The notes under the pieces are model-generated. The model was not told the DNA's origin, did not search any database, and saw nothing but the letters and a program-made list of their open reading frames with translations. The position numbers and the translations under genes are program-made. This document shows positions 14,568 through 29,500 of a stretch of DNA of 64,000 bases, piece by piece (positions within the stretch are counted from its first letter, which is position 1; each line of letters starts with the position of its first letter). The stretch is from the human T2T-CHM13v2.0 reference genome, Homo sapiens: assembly GCF_009914755.1 (NCBI RefSeq), contig NC_060940.1. One strand, given 5' to 3'.

Positions 14568-17500
14568 GATATCATTCGATTCCATTTGATGATAATTCCA
14601 TTTGATTCCATGCGATGATTCTATTCGATTCCATTCAATGATAATTCCATTCAATTCAGTGATTCCTCTGGACTCCATTTGATGATGATTCCATTCAATG
14701 ATTCCATTCGATTCTATTCGAAAATGATTCCATTTGAATCCATTTGATGATGATTCCATTAGATTCCATTTGATGATTCCATTCGATTCCATTCGACGAT
14801 GATTCCATTCGATTCCGTTTGATGATTCCATTCTATTCTATTCGATGATGATTCCATTCGATTCCATTCGATGATGATTGGATTCGATTCCATTTGATGA
14901 TTTCATTTGATTCCATTCGTTAATGATTTCGATCAATTCCATTCGATGATTCCATTCGATTCCATTCGATAATGATTACATCCGAGTCCATTCGATGATT
15001 CCCTTTGAGCCTGTTCGATAATTCCATTTGAGTCCAACCAATGATTCCATTCATTTCCATTCAATGATTCCATTCGAGTCCATTTGATCATTCCGGTAGG
15101 GTCCATTCGATGTTGATTCCATTGGAGTGCATTCGATGATTCCATTCGAGTCCATTTTAGGATTTGATTCGAGTCCTTTCGATGATTCCATTCGATTCCA
15201 CTCGATGATGATTTCATTCGAGTCCATTCGACACTTCCAATCGATTCCATTTGATGATTCCATTCGAGTCCAATTGATGATTCCATTCAATTCCATTCGA
15301 TGATGATTCCGTACGATTCCATTCTGTGATGATTCCATGTGATTGCATTCAATGATGATTCCTTTCGATTGCATTCGATTATGATTCATTTCGTGTTCAT
15401 TCTATGGTTCCACAGGTTTCCATTCGTGTCCATTCCATTATTCCATTCTATTCCATTTGATGATGATTCCATTCGATTCCATTCATTGGTGATTCCACTC
15501 AATTCCATTCAATGATTCCATTCCATTTCTTTCAACAATGATTCCATTAGTTTCTAATCGATGATCCACTTGATTCCATTTGACGACGATTCCATTCTTG
15601 TCCATTCGATGATTCCATTTGATTCCATATGATGATGATTCCATTCGATTCCATACCATGATGATTCCATTCGAGTCCATTCAATGGTGATTCCATTCAA
15701 TTCCATTCGATGATTCCTTTTGATTCCATTCGATGATGATGGCATTCGATTCCTTTCAATCATTCCCTTTGATTCCATTCAAAGGTGATTTCATTCAAGT
15801 CCATTCGATAATTGCATTCGATTCCATTCTATGATGATTCCATTCGAGTCCATTTGATGATTCCATTCAATTCAAGTCAATGATGATTCCATTCGATTCC
15901 ATTCGATGATTCCATTGGATTCCATTCGATGATGATTCCATTCAAATCCATTCGATAATTCAATTCAAGTCCATTCGATGATGATTCCAATCGAATCCAT
16001 TCAAAGATTCCATTCAGTTCCATTCGATGATTCCCTTAGATTCCATTCGATGATTCCACTTGATTGCATTTACGATGATTCCATTCGATTCCATGTGATG
16101 ATTCCATTCAATTCTATTCAATGATGTCTCCATTTGATTCCATTCGACCATGATTGCCTTTGATTCCATTCAATGATTCCATTCGGTTCCGTTTGATGAT
16201 GATTCCGTTCGATTCCATTTGATGATTCCATTTGATTCCATTGGATGAGTCCATTCGATTACATTCGATGATTATTCCATTCGAGTGCATTAGATGATTC
16301 CATTCGAGTCCATTCGATGATTCCATTCGATTCCATTCGATGTTGATTCTGTTCAAATCCATTCGATGATTCCACTCGATTCCATTCGTTGACTCCATTT
16401 GATCCCATTCGATGATTTCCTTTGATTCCCTTTGATGATCATTCCATTTGATTCAATTCGGTGATTTCATTTGATTCCATTCAGTGATGTTTCCATTCGA
16501 CTCCATTCGATGATGATTCCATTCGACTCCATTCGATTATGATTTCATTCAATTCCATTCGATAATGATTCCCTTCGAGTCCATTCGATGATTCCATTCG
16601 ATTCCATTCAACGATGATTTGATTCGTGTCCATTCGATGATTCCATTTGATTCCACTTGATGATGATTCCATTCGAGTCCATTTGATGATTCCATTCAAT
16701 TCCATACTCCGATGATTTCTTTTGAGCCCACTCAATGCTTCCACTCGATTCCATATGATGATGACTCCATTCGATGAAATTCGATGATGATTCCATTCGC
16801 TTGCTTTCGATGATGATTCCACTTGAGTCCGTTAGAAGATTCTATTCAATTACATTCCATGACGATTCCGTTCGAGTCCATTTGATGATTCCATTAGACT
16901 CCATTCGACGATGATTCCATTCGATGTTATTCGATGATTCCATTCGATCTCATTCGATGATGATTCCATTCAACTCCATTCGATGTTTCCATTCGAGTTC
17001 ATTCTATTATTCCATTAGATTCCATTCGATGATGATTCCATTCGATTCCATTTGATGATTGCATTCTATTTCATTTGATGATGATTCCATTGGAGTCCAC
17101 TCGATGATTCCATTCGAGTCCATTTAATGAATCCATTGGTTTCAATTCTATGATGATTACATTGGATTCCATTCGTTGATGATTTCATTCGGTTCCATTC
17201 AATGATGATTCCATTCAATTCCTTTCAATGTTTCCATTCAATTCCATACGATGATGATTCCATTTGATTTGATTCGACAGTGAGCCATTCGATTCAATCC
17301 CATGATGATTCTATTTGATTCAATTGGTTGACATTTCCATTCGATTCCATTCGATGATGATTCCCTTTGATTCCGTTCAAAGATGATTCCATTCTAGCCC
17401 ATTCAATCATTCCATTCGATTCTATTCAATGATGATTCCATTCATGTCGATTTGGTGATTCCATTTGACTTCATTTGATGATGATTCCTTTCAAGTTCAT

Positions 17501-20500
17501 TAGATGATTCCATTCGATTCCATTTGATGATGATCCCATTCGAGTCCATTCAGTGATTCCATTCGTTTCCATTCCATGATGATTCCATTCCTTTCCATTC
17601 AATGATTCCATTCGATTCCGTTTGATGATGATTTCATTCGAGTCCATTTGATGATTCCATTTGATTCCATTCGATGATGATTCCATTCGAGTCCATTCGA
17701 TGATTCTATTCGAATCCATTTGATGATTTCTTTTGATTATATTTGGTGATGATTCCATTGGAGTCCATTCAATGATTCCATTCTATTCCAATCGATGATG
17801 ATTCCATTAGAGTCCATTTAATGATTCCATTTGATTCCAGTCTCTGATGATTACATTCGAGTCCATACGATGATTCCACTCAATTCCATATGATGATGAT
17901 TCCATTTGATTCCATTCGGTGATTCCATTCTATTCTATTCAATGGTGATTCCATTCGAGTACATTAGATGATTCCATTCGATTCCATTCAATGATGATTC
18001 TATTTGTGTCCCTTAGATGATTCCACATGACTCCATTAGATGATGATACTATTTGAGCCCATCCAATGATTCCCTTCGATTCCATTCGATGAGGATTCCA
18101 TTCGATTCAATTCATTGGTGATTCTATTCAATTCAATTCTTTGATTCCATTCCATTCCATTCGACAATGATTCCATTCGATTTCTTTCGATGATTCCACT
18201 CGATTCCACTTGACATTGATTCCATTCGATTCCATTCAATGATTCCATTTGATTCCAGTGGATGATGATTGCCATCGATTCCATTCGATCACTCCATTCT
18301 ATTCCATTTGATGATGATTACATTCGATTCCATTTGATGATTCCATCTGATTCTATTCGAGGATTCCATTTGATTCCATTCGATGATGATTCCATTCGAG
18401 TCCATTCGATGATTTCATTCGAGTACATCCAATGATTCCATTCGAGTCCATTAGATGATTCCATTTGATTCCATTTGAAAATGATTCTACTAGAGTCCAT
18501 TCAATGACTCCATTCGAGTCCATTCAACAATTCCATTCGACTCCATTCGATGATTCCATTCGATTCCATTTGATGGTTCCATTCGAGTCCATTTAATCAT
18601 TACAGTCGAGTCCATTTGGTGATTCCACTGGATTTCTTTTGATAATGATACCATTCAATTACATTTGATGATGATCCCATTCAATTTCATTTGATGATGA
18701 TTCCATTAGAGTCCATTCGATGATTTCATTCGAGTCCCTTCATTGATTCCATCCGATTTCATTGGATGATGACTCCATTCGAGTCCATTCGATGATTCCA
18801 CTCGATTCCATTAGATGACTCCATTGGAGTCCATTTGATTGTTCCATTCGATTCCATTGGATTCCTTTCGAAGATTATTCCATTTGAGTCCATTCGATGA
18901 TGATTCCATTCCATTCCATTCGATGATTCCGTTTGATTCCATTCGATGATTCCCTTCGATTCCTTTCTTTGATGATTCCATTCCATTCCATTCAATGATT
19001 CCATTCGAATCTATTCCATGATGATTCCTTTCGATTCCATTCGCTGATGTTTCCGTTCAATTCCATTCGATGATGATTCCATTCGATTCCATTCATTGAG
19101 GATTCCATTTGATTCCATTCAATGATGATTCCATTCTATTCCATTCAATGATTGCATTCAATTCCATTCAATGATTATCCCATTAGAGTAAACTCAACGA
19201 TTCCATTCAATACCATTCGATGATGATTCCTTTTGAGTCCATTCAATGATTTCATTCAAGTCCATTTGATGATTCCTTTCAATTCCATTCTATGATGATT
19301 CCATTCGAGTCCATTCGATGATTCCATTCGATTGCATTCGATGATTCCATTATATTCCATTCAACGGTGATTCCATTCGAGTCCATTCCATGATTCCATT
19401 AGAGTACATTTAATGATTGCTTTGTTTTCAATTCGAAGATGATTACATTGGATTCCATTCTATGATACCATTCGATTCCATTCAATGATGATTCCACTCA
19501 AATCCATTGGATGATTCCATTCGTGTCCATTCGGTGATTTCATTAGATTCCATTCGAGGATGATTCCATTCGATTCCATTCGATGATTCCATTCAATTCC
19601 ATTCGATGATGATTCCATTCCAGTCCATATGATCATTCCATTTGATTTCATTCGATGATGATTCCATTCAATTCGATTCGACGATTCCATTCTATTCCAT
19701 TCGATGATGATTCCATTCGAGTCCATTCGATGATTCCATTCGAGTCCATTTAATGATTCCATTGGGTTCAATTCAATGATGATTACATTGGATTCCGTTC
19801 TATGATTCCATTCAATTCCGTTCATTGACAATTTGATTCCATTCGATGATGATTCCATTTGAGTTCATTCGATGATTCTATTCGATTCTCTTCGATGGTG
19901 ATTCAATTCTATTATATTGGATGATTCCATTCGATTCCATTTGATGTTGATTCAATTCGATTCTATTCGATGATGATTCCATTGGATTTCACTTGATGAT
20001 TCTATTCGATTCCATTCAATGATGATTCACTTCTCGTCCATTGGATGATTCCATTTCATTCCATTCGATGATGATTCCATTCGATTCCATTCGATGATTC
20101 CATTTGATTCCATGCGACGGTGAGCAATTCGATTCAATTCCATGATGATTCTATTTGATTCAATTAGATGATGTTTCCATTCGAATCCATTCCATGATTA
20201 TTCCATTGGAATCCATTCGGCGATGATTCCATATGAGTCAATTCAATGATGATTCCATATGGGTCCGTTCGATGATAATTCCATTTGATTTCATTCGATG
20301 CTTCTATTCTATTCCAGTCGATGATGATTCCGTTGGAGTCCATACGATGATTCCATTTGATTTCATTTCATGATGATTCCATTCGATGATGATTACATTG
20401 GATTCCATTCTATGATTCCATTCAATTCCATTCGTTGATGATTCGATTCCATTCAATGATGATTCCATTTGAGTTCATTCGATGATTCTATTCGATTCCG

Positions 20501-23500
20501 TTCGATGGTGATTCAATTCTATTATATTGGATGATTCCACTCGATTCCATTTGATGATTATTCCATTGGAGTCCACTTAGTGAATCCTTTAGATTCTACT
20601 CGACGATGATTCCATTCGAGTCCATTCGATGATACCATTCAATTCCATTCGTTGATGCTTCCATTCAAGTGCATTCGATGATATCATTCGATTCCATTTG
20701 ATGATAATTCCATTTGATTCCATGCGATGATTCTATTCGATTCCATTCAATGATAATTCCATTCAATTCAGTGATTCCTCTGGACTCCATTTGATGATGA
20801 TTCCATTCAATGATTCCATTCGATTCTATTCGAAAATGATTCCATTTGAATCCATTTGATGATGATTCCATTAGATTCCATTTGATGATTCCATTCGATT
20901 CCATTCGACGATGATTCCATTCGATTCCGTTTGATGATTCCATTCTATTCTATTCGATGATGATTCCATTCGATTCCATTCGATGATGATTGGATTCGAT
21001 TCCATTGGATGATTTCATTTGATTCCATTCGTTAATGATTTCGATCAATTCCATTCGATGATTCCATTCGATTCCATTCGATAATGATTACATCCGAGTC
21101 CATTCGATGATTCCCTTTGAGCCTGTTCGATAGTTCCATTTGAGTCCAACCAATGATTCCATTCATTTCCATTCAATGATTCCATTCGAGTCCATTTGAT
21201 CATTCCGGTAGGGTCCATTCGATGTTGATTCCATTGGAGTGCATTCGATGATTCCATTCGAGTCCATTTTAGGATTTGATTCGAGTCCTTTCGATGATTC
21301 CATTCGATTCCACTCGATGATGATTTCATTCGAGTCCATTCGACACTTCCAATCGATTCCATTTGATGATTCCATTCGAGTCCAATTGATGATTCCATTC
21401 AATTCCATTCGATGATGATTCCGTACGATTCCATTCTGTGATGATTCCATGTGATTGCATTCAATGATGATTCCTTTCGATTGCATTCGATTATGATTCA
21501 TTTCGTGTTCATTCTATGGTTCCACAGGTTTCCATTCGTGTCCATTCCATTATTCCATTCTATTCCATTTGATGATGATTCCATTCGATTCCATTCATTG
21601 GTGATTCCACTCAATTCCATTCAATGATTCCATTCCATTTCTTTCAACAATGATTCCATTAGTTTCTAATCGATGATCCACTTGATTCCATTTGACGACG
21701 ATTCCATTCTTGTCCATTCGATGATTCCATTTGATTCCATATGATGATGATTCCATTCGATTCCATACCATGATGATTCCATTCGAGTCCATTCAATGGT
21801 GATTCCATTCAATTCCATTCGATGATTCCTTTTGATTCCATTCGATGATGATGGCATTCGATTCCTTTCAATCATTCCCTTTGATTCCATTCAAAGGTGA
21901 TTTCATTCAAGTCCATTCGATAATTGCATTCGATTCCATTCTATGATGATTCCATTCGAGTCCATTTGATGATTCCATTCAATTCAAGTCAATGATGATT
22001 CCATTCGATTCCATTCGATGATTCCATTGGATTCCATTCGATGATGATTCCATTCAAATCCATTCGATAATTCAATTCAAGTCCATTCGATGATGATTCC
22101 AATCGAATCCATTCAAAGATTCCATTCAGTTCCATTCGATGATTCCCTTAGATTCCATTCGATGATTCCACTTGATTCCATTTACGATGATTCCATTCGA
22201 TTCCATGTGATGATTCCATTCAATTCTATTCAATGATGTCTCCATTTGATTCCATTCGACCATGATTGCCTTTGATTCCATTCAATGATTCCATTCGGTT
22301 CCGTTTGATGATGATTCCGTTCGATTCCATTTGATGATTCCATTTGATTCCATTGGATGAGTCCATTCGATTACATTCGATGATTATTCCATTCGAGTGC
22401 ATTAGATGATTCCATTCGAGTCCATTCGATGATTCCATTCGATTCCATTCGATGTTGATTCTGTTCAAATCCATTCGATGATTCCACTCGATTCCATTCG
22501 TTGACTCCATTTGATCCCATTCGATGATTTCCTTTGATTCCCTTTGATGATCATTCCATTTGATTCAATTCGGTGATTTCATTTGATTCCATTCAGTGAT
22601 GTTTCCATTCGACTCCATTCGATGATGATTCCATTCGACTCCATTCGATTATGATTTCATTCAATTCCATTCGATAATGATTCCCTTCGAGTCCATTCGA
22701 TGATTCCATTCGATTCCATTCAACGATGATTTGATTCGTGTCCATTCGATGATTCCATTTGATTCCACTTGATGATGATTCCATTCGAGTCCATTTGATG
22801 ATTCCATTCAATTCCATACTCCGATGATTTCTTTTGAGCCCACTCAATGCTTCCACTCGATTCCATATGATGATGACTCCATTCGATGAAATTCGATGAT
22901 GATTCCATTCGCTTGCTTTCGATGATGATTCCACTTGAGTCCGTTAGAAGATTCTATTCAATTACATTCCAGGACGATTCCGTTCGAGTCCATTTGATGA
23001 TTCCATTAGACTCCATTCGACGATGATTCCATTCGATGTTATTCGATGATTCCATTCGATCTCATTCGATGATGATTCCATCCAACTCCATTCGATGTTT
23101 CCATTCGAGTTCATTCTATTATTCCATTAGATTCCATTCGATGATGATTCCATTCGATTCCATTTGATGATTGCATTCTATTTCATTTGATGATGATTCC
23201 ATTCGAGTCCACTCGATGATTCCATTCGAGTCCATTTAATGAATCCATTGGTTTCAATTCTATGATGATTACATTGGATTCCATTCGTTGATGATTTCAT
23301 TCGGTTCCATTCAATGATGATTCCATTCAATTCCTTTCAATGTTTCCATTCAATTCCATACGATGATGATTCCATTTGATTTGATTCGACAGTGAGCCAT
23401 TCGATTCAATTCCATGATGATTCTATTTGATTCAATTGGTTGACATTTCCATTCGATTCCATTCGATGATGATTCCCTTTGATTCCGTTCAAAGATGATT

Positions 23501-26500
23501 CCATTCTAGCCCATTCAATCATTCCATTCGATTCTATTCAATGATGATTCCATTCATGTCGATTTGGTGATTCCATTTGACTTCATTTGATGATGATTCC
23601 TTTCAAGTTCATTAGATGATTCCATTCGATTCCATTTGATGATGATCCCATTCGAGTCCATTCAGTGATTCCATTCGTTTCCATTCCATGATGATTCCAT
23701 TCCTTTCCATTCAATGATTCCATTCGATTCCGTTTGATGATGATTTCATTCGAGTCCATTTGATGATTCCATTTGATTCCATTCGATGATGATTCCATTC
23801 GAGTCCATTCGATGATTCTATTCGAATCCATTTGATGATTTCTTTTGATTATATTTGGTGATGATTCCATTGGAGTCCATTCAATGATTCCATTCTATTC
23901 CAATCGATGATGATTCCATTAGAGTCCATTTAATGATTCCATTTGATTCCAGTCTCTGATGATTACATTCGAGTCCATACGATGATTCCACTCAATTCCA
24001 TATGATGATGATTCCATTTGATTCCATTCGGTGATTCCGTTCTATTCTATTCAATGGTGATTCCATTCGAGTACATTAGATGATTCCATTCGATTCCATT
24101 CAATGATGATTCTATTTGTGTCCCTTAGATGATTCCACATGATTCCATTAGATGATGATACTATTTGAGCCCATCCAATGATTCCCTTCGATTCCATTCG
24201 ATGAGGATTCCATTCGATTCAATTCATTGGTGATTCTATTCAATTCAATTCTTTGATTCCATTCCATTCCATTCGACAATGATTCCATTCGATTTCTTTC
24301 GATGATTCCACTCGATTCCACTTGACATTGATTCCATTCGATTCCATTCAATGATTCCATTTGATTCCAGTGGATGATGATTGCCATCGATTCCATTCGA
24401 TCACTCCATTCTATTCCATTTGATGATGATTACATTCGATTCCATTTGATGATTCCATCTGATTCTATTCGAGGATTCCATTTGATTCCATTCGATGATG
24501 ATTCCATTCGAGTCCATTCGATGATTTCATTCGAGTACATCCAATGATTCCATTCGAGTCCATTAGATGATTCCATTTGATTCCATTTGAAAATGATTCT
24601 ACTAGAGTCCATTCAATGACTCCATTCGAGTCCATTCAACAATTCCATTCGACTCCATTCGATGATTCCATTCGATTCCATTTGATGGTTCCATTCGAGT
24701 CCATTTAATCATTACAGTCGAGTCCATTTGGTGATTCCACTGGATTTCTTTTGATAATGATACCATTCAATTACATTTGATGATGATCCCATTCAATTTC
24801 ATTTGATGATGATTCCATTAGAGTCCATTCCATGATTTCATTCGAGTCCCTTCATTGATTCCATCCGATTTCATTGGATGATGACTCCATTCGAGTCCAT
24901 TCGATGATTCCACTCGATTCCATTAGATGACTCCATTGGAGTCCATTTGATTGTTCCATTCGATTCCATTCGATTCCTTTCGAAGATTATTCCATTTGAG
25001 TCCATTCGATGATGATTCCATTCCATTCCATTCGATGATTCCGTTTGATTCCATTCGATGATTCCCTTCGATTCCTTTCTTTGATGATTCCATTCCATTC
25101 CATTCAATGATTCCATTCGAATCTATTCCATGATGATTCCTTTCGATTCCATTCGCTGATGTTTCCGTTCAATTCCATTCGATGATGATTCCATTCGATT
25201 CCATTCATTGAGGATTCCATTTGATTCCATTCAATGATGATTCCATTCTATTCCATTCAATGATTGCATTCAATTCCATTCAATGATTATCCCATTAGAG
25301 TAAACTCCACGATTCCATTCAATACCATTCGATGATGATTCCTTTTGAGTCCATTCAATGATTTCATTCAAGTCCATTTGATGATTCCTTTCAATTCCAT
25401 TCTATGATGATTCCATTCGAGTCCATTCGATGATTCCATTCGATTGCATTCGATGATTCCATTATATTCCATTCAACGGTGATTCCATTCGAGTCCATTC
25501 CATGATTCCATTAGAGTACATTTAATGATTGCTTTGTTTTCAATTCGAAGATGATTACATTGGATTCCATTCTATGATACCATTCGATTCCATTCAATGA
25601 TGATTCCACTCAAATCCATTGGATGATTCCATTCGTGTCCATTCGGTGATTTCATTAGATTCCATTCGAGGATGATTCCATTCGATTCCATTCGATGATT
25701 CCATTCAATTCCATTCGATGATGATTCCATTCCAGTCCATATGATCATTCCATTTGATTTCATTCGATGATGATTCCATTCGATTCCATTCGACGATTCC
25801 ATTCTATTCCATTCGATGATGATTCCATTCGAGTCCATTCGATCATTCCATTCGAGTCCATTTAATGATTCCATTGGGTTCAATTCAATGATGATTACAT
25901 TGGATTCCGTTCTATGATTCCATTCAACTCCGTTCATTGACAATTTGATTCCATTCGATGATGATTCCATTTGAGTTCATTCGATGATTCTATTCGATTC
26001 TCTTCGATGGTGATTCAATTCTATTATATTGGATGATTCCATTCGATTCCATTTGATGTTGATTCAATTCGATTCTATTCGATGATGATTCCATTGGATT
26101 TCACTTGATGATTCTATTCGATTCCATTCAATGATGATTCACTTCTCGTCCATTGGATGATTCCATTTCATTCCATTCGATGATGATTCCATTCGATTCC
26201 ATTCGATGATTCCTTTTGATTCCATGCGACGGTGAGCAATTCGATTCAATTCCATGATGATTCTATTTGATTCAATTAGATGATGTTTCCATTCGAATCC
26301 ATTCCATGATTATTCCATTGGAATCCATTCGGCGATGATTCCATATGAGTCAATTCAATGATGATTCCATATGGGTCCGTTCGATGATAATTCCATTTGA
26401 TTTCATTCGATGCTTCTATTCTATTCCAGTCGATGATGATTCCGTTGGAGTCCATACGATGATTCCATTTGATTTCATTTGATGATGATTCCATTCGATG

Positions 26501-29500
26501 ATGATTACATTGGATTCCATTCTATGATTCCATTCAATTCCATTCGTTGATGATTCGATTCCATTCAATGATGATTCCATTTGAGTTCATTCGATGATTC
26601 TATTCGATTCCGTTCGATGGTGATTCAATTCTATTATATTGGATGATTCCACTCGATTCCATTTGATGATTATTCCATTGGAGTCCACTTAGTGAATCCT
26701 TTAGATTCTACTCGACGATGATTCCATTCGAGTCCATTCGATGATACCATTCAATTCCATTCGTTGATGCTTCCATTCAAGTGCATTCGATGATATCATT
26801 CGATTCCATTTGATGATAATTCCATTTGATTCCATGCGATGATTCTATTCGATTCCATTCAATGATAATTCCATTCAATTCAGTGATTCCTCTGGACTCC
26901 ATTTGATGATGATTCCATTCAATGATTCCATTCGATTCTATTCGAAAATGATTCCATTTGAATCCATTTGATGATGATTCCATTAGATTCCATTTGATGA
27001 TTCCATTCGATTCCATTCGACGATGATTCCATTCGATTCCGTTTGATGATTCCATTCTATTCTATTCGATGATGATTCCATTCGATTCCATTCGATGATG
27101 ATTGGATTCGATTCCATTGGATGATTTCATTTGATTCCATTCGTTAATGATTTCGATCAATTCCATTCGATGATTCCATTCGATTCCATTCGATAATGAT
27201 TACATCCGAGTCCATTCGATGATTCCCTTTGAGCCTGTTCGATAATTCCATTTGAGTCCAACCAATGATTCCATTCATTTCCATTCAATGATTCCATTCG
27301 AGTCCATTTGATCATTCCGGTAGGGTCCATTCGATGTTGATTCCATTGGAGTGCATTCGATGATTCCATTCGAGTCCATTTTAGGATTTGATTCGAGTCC
27401 TTTCGATGATTCCATTCGATTCCACTCGATGATGATTTCATTCGAGTCCATTCGACACTTCCAATCGATTCCATTTGATGATTCCATTCGACTCCAATTG
27501 ATGATTCCATTCAATTCCATTCGATGATGATTCCGTACGATTCCATTCTGTGATGATTCCATGTGATTGCATTCAATGATGATTCCTTTCGATTGCATTT
27601 GATTATGATTCATTTCGTGTTCATTCTATGGTTCCACAGGTTTCCATTCGTGTCCATTCCATTATTCCATTCTATTCCATTTGATGATGATTCCATTCGA
27701 TTCCATTCATTGGTGATTCCACTCAATTCCATTCAATGATTCCATTCCATTTCTTTCAACAATGATTCCATTAGTTTCTAATCGATGATCCACTTGATTC
27801 CATTTGACGACGATTCCATTCTTGTCCATTCGATGATTCCATTTGATTCCATATGATGATGATTCCATTCGATTCCATACCATGATGATTCCATTCGAGT
27901 CCATTCAATGGTGATTCCATTCAATTCCATTCGATGATTCCTTTCGATTCCATTCGATGATGATGGCATTCGATTCCTTTCAATCATTCCCTTTGATTCC
28001 ATTCAAAGGTGATTTCATTCAAGTCCATTCGATAATTGCATTCGATTCCATTCTATGATGATTCCATTCGAGTCCATTTGATGATTCCATTCAATTCAAG
28101 TCAATGATGATTCCATTCGATTCCATTCGATGATTCCATTGGATTCCATTCGATGATGATTCCATTCAAATCCATTCGATAATTCAATTCAAGTCCATTC
28201 GATGATGATTCCAATCGAATCCATTCAAAGATTCCATTCAGTTCCATTCGATGATTCCCTTAGATTCCATTCGATGATTCCACTTGATTCCATTTACGAT
28301 GATTCCATTCGATTCCATGTGATGATTCCATTCAATTCTATTCAATGATGTCTCCATTTGATTCCATTCGACCATGATTGCCTTTGATTCCATTCAATGA
28401 TTCCATTCGGTTCCGTTTGATGATGATTCCGTTCGATTCCATTTGATGATTCCATTTGATTCCATTGGATGAGTCCATTCGATTACATTCGATGATTATT
28501 CCATTCGAGTGCATTAGATGATTCCATTCGAGTCCATTCGATGATTCCATTCGATTCCATTCGATGTTGATTCTGTTCAAATCCATTCGATGATTCCACT
28601 CGATTCCATTCGTTGACTCCATTTGATCCCATTCGATGATTTCCTTTGATTCCCTTTGATGATCATTCCATTTGATTCAATTCGGTGATTTCATTTGATT
28701 CCATTCAGTGATGTTTCCATTCGACTCCATTCGATGATGATTCCATTCGACTCCATTCGATTATGATTTCATTCAATTCCATTCGATAATGATTCCCTTC
28801 GAGTCCATTCGATGATTCCATTCGATTCCATTCAACGATGATTTGATTCGTGTCCATTCGATGATTCCATTTGATTCCACTTGATGATGATTCCATTCGA
28901 GTCCATTTGATGATTCCATTCAATTCCATACTCCGATGATTTCTTTTGAGCCCACTCAATGCTTCCACTCGATTCCATATGATGATGACTCCATTCGATG
29001 AAATTCGATGATGATTCCATTCGCTTGCTTTCGATGATGATTCCACTTGAGTCCGTTAGAAGATTCTATTCAATTACATTCCAGGACGATTCCGTTCGAG
29101 TCCATTTGATGATTCCATTAGACTCCATTCGACGATGATTCCATTCGATGTTATTCGATGATTCCATTCGATCTCATTCGATGATGATTCCATCCAACTC
29201 CATTCGATGTTTCCATTCGAGTTCATTCTATTATTCCATTAGATTCCATTCGATGATGATTCCATTCGATTCCATTTGATGATTGCATTCTATTTCATTT
29301 GATGATGATTCCATTCGAGTCCACTCGATGATTCCATTCGAGTCCATTTAATGAATCCATTGGTTTCAATTCTATGATGATTACATTGGATTCCATTCGT
29401 TGATGATTTCATTCGGTTCCATTCAATGATGATTCCATTCAATTCCTTTCAATGTTTCCATTCAATTCCATACGATGATGATTCCATTTGATTTGATTCG

